From the NCBI GenBank assembly GCA_013115145.1, contig JAAPAO010000361.1, forward strand, positions 1-36,409: DNA of 36,409 bases, given 5' to 3'. Under the pieces are notes generated by a model. It saw only the letters and a list, made by a program, of their open reading frames with translations. It did not search any database and had not been told where the DNA came from. A program made the position numbers and the translations under genes. Positions 32,391 to 36,409 of this stretch are shown piece after piece. Within the stretch, counting starts at the first letter, position 1; each line of letters begins with the position of its first letter. Origin of the DNA: Perkinsus chesapeaki ATCC PRA-425. Lineage: Eukaryota > Protista > Perkinsozoa.

Positions 32391-34629
32391 TCAACATCTT
32401 TGAACATCTTGAACACCGCCATCATAAAACATGTCGAAAAAGTCTCACTTACCTTCCTCCTCCTCGTCAGTACGCATGTCATTGAGTACCTGAAGCTAAA
32501 TAGTTTCTTGAAAACGAGCCCTATCAATCGCCTGACCTTTCGGACTCCCTCCCTTCTGATAGATGAGGGATGTTCTCTGAGAGAGCCTTTAGGCATTTGG
32601 AGCGGTTCTTCAGATTTTGAGCCTCCGGAACCCGGGGCTTCCAAATCCGAGGTTTCGGTTGCGCCACTCATAGATCTGGACATGTAGCTCGCCAAGTCCT
32701 TGGGAAGCTTTGACTTCATCTACAAGACGCAATTGCAGGCAACTTCACTCGGAAAACCTGAAAGCGCACCTCGTTTTCTGTCCTGTAAATAACTGCTCTC
32801 TGTTTGTCCCGGCCCTTGGAGGCTTCAGCCTTAATTTTTGGGTCGACTTGATAGACGAAGGTTCCCCCGAGGTTGTCCGCCACTCTATAGATACAGGCTC
32901 TCGTTAAATGTAAGTAAAAATTACTCACACTCCAATAGTAGCTTCGCTGTATCTTAGCCGGGCGACCAGAGTGACACTCGACAAAGGCGCCATACGTGAA
33001 GCCAACTCATGGGCTCTGACCATCCATAAGGGGGTACCACGCCCATTGTCGGGAGGATCGGCTTTGCTGGCAAAGGAGCGCTGGTGCTGCGTCCACTAAG
33101 TTTGGTAAAACTTACCCGATATCGGGGAGAATGACAGAAAGCGAGTTAACGCGACCCAGCTCTGCTGCAGCGGTGGATTGGGCCTAACTCCAAGTGACAC
33201 ACTAACAATCTGGGACTCTTTGGGACATATTCTCACCCCACGCTCCAGGTCATGGCCCTCCACGGCTTCTTCTGGGGTTTTGTAAGCAAATAATAAACCG
33301 GGGTACGCCGGCGGGAATGATAGAGCTCTTGAGATACTATTCATGACACCTTGTACCTGAGTAGGAACCAAACGATGAGGCAGGAGGCAGGCTCATGGCA
33401 TACCAACTGTCGTGAGTTCGTCGAAAGCCAGTAAACTTCATACGTCTCGACGGTTACAATGGTTACGTCCTTGAATGTTGTCGGTGCTACAGACCTGTGC
33501 AAGCGACTGATTGCAGAGAATTGCATATCATATGCTCCCTCACTGGCATTCGTCGATCAACTGCCGTCCCGTGCCCTGCCCGAGGAGAAATTTGCGGGTA
33601 TTAGGAATTTGTTTGTTGGAAGCCGCCACTAGATGATCACCTAGCTTGCGGCATATCTCACTCCTATCTAGAGCTGTCTTGTCCGCGCGTCTGAAACAGC
33701 CTGTTGAACGCGAAACGGGGAACGGGTGTGCTACTCTGTATTGTCCTGGTTCACCACGAACGCATCGTAGACTGGACTAGCACCGCATCTTGCGGTAATG
33801 GCCTCGTTCTTGGCGAATGCTCCTAGCAATTCCTTGCTAAGTACCGGTTCAGCTCTCGAGTCATCAGTCACAAAAATAACAGCGCACTTCGGAGCATTAA
33901 ATATTTCCTCCATAGTTGCGGCTACATCTTCGAAATCGTAACTCCCCGGGACCAGATTCCGAAAGAGAGGTTCCTTGTGTTTCTTAGTCGTATAATAAGC
34001 ATTGGTTCTGGTTTGGCCGAATCCGTCAATAACTGTGGAACTTCCTTGAGTGATTTCCAAAAATCTTGTAGTAGTTGGAGGGATCACAGGATCGATAGCT
34101 ATAACTCCGGCTAGCTTCAAGGAGAAGAAAAGACTGAAAGGAAGGACGTAGGAAACTTCTTAGGAGCAACTTACGATGTATGAATCGCCAGTCCGGCAGC
34201 TAGGCTGCTACCACCTATAAAAATGTTGGAGTAAGGCGAGCTTTTGCCTAAGTCGTAAAGCATGTTCTCAACTTCCTGTCTGGCTGTCTCAAGTTCTTGG
34301 GGTGACTCTCCTTTCCTGCATGACAACAGTGTAGCCAGTCAGTTAAGTATAAAACCGAACGCGTACCAGCTGTCTGGCAGCTTATACTCCTTCCAGTTTG
34401 GACGTGAGGAACCGCAGTTTTTCTTGAAAGCCTCTGAGTTCGAAACAGCTTCATTCAATTCCTGGCAGCAATAGTTTTCCAAAAGCGTATCGAGCATACT
34501 ACGACCTACCCGCTGGACATCAACATGAAACTTATCAAACCCGTGAACGACCCACAACACATGACAGTGGTTGCTAGCCTCGCTGAGGCGACAACCAGCA
34601 AAGATGGATCCTAGAAAGGCTAACTTCAT
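32391..34629 (-). CDS. Multi-exon protein with possible signal peptide and degenerate phospholipase/carboxylesterase-like alpha/beta-hydrolase N-terminal domain
   Basis: The spliced reading gives WVVHGF...PDSW...ELETARQEVENMLYDLG...NIFIGGSSLAAGLAIHTSLFFSLKLAGVIAID, paralleling the APT/LYPLA motifs FLHGLG, PSWF, IILGGFSQGG and KLAGV. Downstream exons have canonical donors. The end ...DEEEEDVQRC* and single-gene continuity are inferred. Confidence 0.55.
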
Positions 34630-35021
34630 CGATGAAAAACTGGAAGAATATGGAAGCTCGAAAGTTGGATTAAGGCGAGCGATAACGTCGCGCCCACATG
34701 TGGAAGGAAGTCGAGCGTATCAAGTTCACGGGGACTGGGAAACGAATGATGCTCGAAAGGGTGTGCACTTGCGTGGCATCACTGGTGTAGCGGTTAACTG
34801 AAAACTATCATGTGCGCAATGTGCCTTGGGAATTATTCAATACCTCGATAGATAACAGTAATCAGTAGTAGAGTTGAGCTAGGCATGCTGATTCAAGGAG
34901 GCATGCCGGAAAAAGTAAGAATATCAATCCACTACGAACTAACTACGAACTTCATAGTATGAAGCTCTGCATGACAGATCTACGGGAGACCTCGCATGAA
35001 CAAAAGATTCGAATCGGGTCG

Positions 35022-35581
35022 CTACAAGAAAGATTCGCATGATATGCCAGAATAGGTCAGCTTAGTCTCAAGCACTGGCTCGTATACGTTCAACAAAGAC
35101 AGCATACTCAGGCAGCGCATTCCCATAGAACCGTGCCCGGGGATAATCTGGGGTACCTGTGGGCCACTAAAGACAACAACGGACAAAGAGGAAGGAAGTC
35201 CAATACGAAAGACCATAGCCCTCCATGGTGACCTGTATTATTGGAGGGCTGAGGTAAGGGAAGCCTCCACCCATTGCTCCTCCATAAGTACCGGCGCCCG
35301 GAACTGGAACCAGAAATACAGGTACTGAGAGGAAGCTGCAGTGGAGGGGTGTACGGGAGAGAGTTACATTGTAAGGGCGACTGTGAGGCAGCGCCAAGGC
35401 GACGCCTGTGGTGACGGCGATGATTACGACGTCCATGGCGGCGAGAGAAGCTCCTGTGACGCGGCAGACCTGAATTACACGACCTCTCTGGGGAAGCCTC
35501 CACGCGGGAGGGCCGACAGTGGCATAAGAAGGTTCCACGGGCTCTCACCGGCAAAGCTAGTTTCCACTGCGTGATGGTCAT
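35022..35581 (-). CDS. Possible small hypothetical, membrane-type protein
   Basis: Overlapping ORFs with hydrophobic stretches (MDVVIIAVTTGVALAL) and GT-AG pairs. Frame and boundaries are unresolved. Confidence 0.3.
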
Positions 35582-36409
35582 GCTGATGGTGTAGGGATCC
35601 TTGGGTTATGCCAAGCACCATAAACTTCAAGATGCACGCAACTGTTATCTCGCTACTCTACAGTTACCGGCCGAATATCACGCTTTAAGCTTAGCCGAGA
35701 GGATATACTTCCCTCGTGACCAAGTGGTCAACTACAACGCTGGTGCAATTGCCTAGAGGAAGTTTGGCCGTTTTGGTCGTTCATGGAATGACAGCGCCAT
35801 GATATATGAATTCACAGAGTCCAGGCCTATTCCTTGAACTATGCCGTGACCTGGGAGGACCTGCGGTATCTGTAAGATAGGAGAGTCGAACCGATGAACA
35901 CTGGAGTAGCTTGTGGAAATTGAAGTATTCCCAGCAATATTATTGCTCGAAATACTAGCTCGTACTAATAATATCATGATAATTCATCCTCTTTAGCAAC
36001 CATTGCAGCTATGTCGCGAGAATCAGCGTTATGTAAGAGCCGTAATGAAAGATGACGGATGGACTGCATTAAAAACTTCAAATTGAAGTATTCCATGCAT
36101 GCTCGAACGTTACAAAGCAAAAATTATGTTATAACAACCAGGAATACGCGATACAAATTGAAGTACAAGCTCGATGAAAGATACGCTTCTTTTGGAAAGA
36201 AGATGCAAGCTAGTTAAAAGTACTAGAGGCAAGCTTACAGAGATGACATGGGGCCAAATGAGGTTCCGAGGCACGTATCCAGAGAGCACCCGACCAAAAG
36301 GATCTTTGCTGAAACCGTGACCACCGGGTATCATATTGATGTCGTGTGCCCACTAGGCATGACGAGTTATGATGATAAGTTATGTAGGTTTCAGTATATC
36401 TGCCTTTTG

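Overview
Gene-dense eukaryotic genomic DNA with many short (~25-100 nt) GT-AG introns and very short intergenic spacers. The style best fits a Perkinsus-like alveolate, which is an inference. I reconstructed about 19 protein genes by hand-splicing. Recognisable genes are eIF3b, a KH-domain RNA-binding protein, Hikeshi/OPI10, three tandem intronless AIFM2/FSP1-like flavoprotein oxidoreductases, DUS1, ornithine decarboxylase, a large TKL-type kinase, mitochondrial GrpE, RPS6, NOP56, a signal-peptide Nudix hydrolase, a CaMKK-like kinase and a degenerate alpha/beta-hydrolase-like gene. No rRNA, tRNA, CRISPR or transposon was recognised. The main observations are: (1) the FSP1-like array, with a sharp gene-conversion-like tract between copies 1 and 3; (2) an exact 10-mer, TTGACAGTTG, just upstream of three start codons; (3) a spliced 70-aa microprotein gene just upstream of ODC, absent from the ORF track; (4) a possibly secreted Nudix hydrolase whose stop overlaps the next kinase start (TGATG); (5) a candidate C/D snoRNA in an oversized NOP56 intron. 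Exon boundaries and mismatch counts are manual and unverified.
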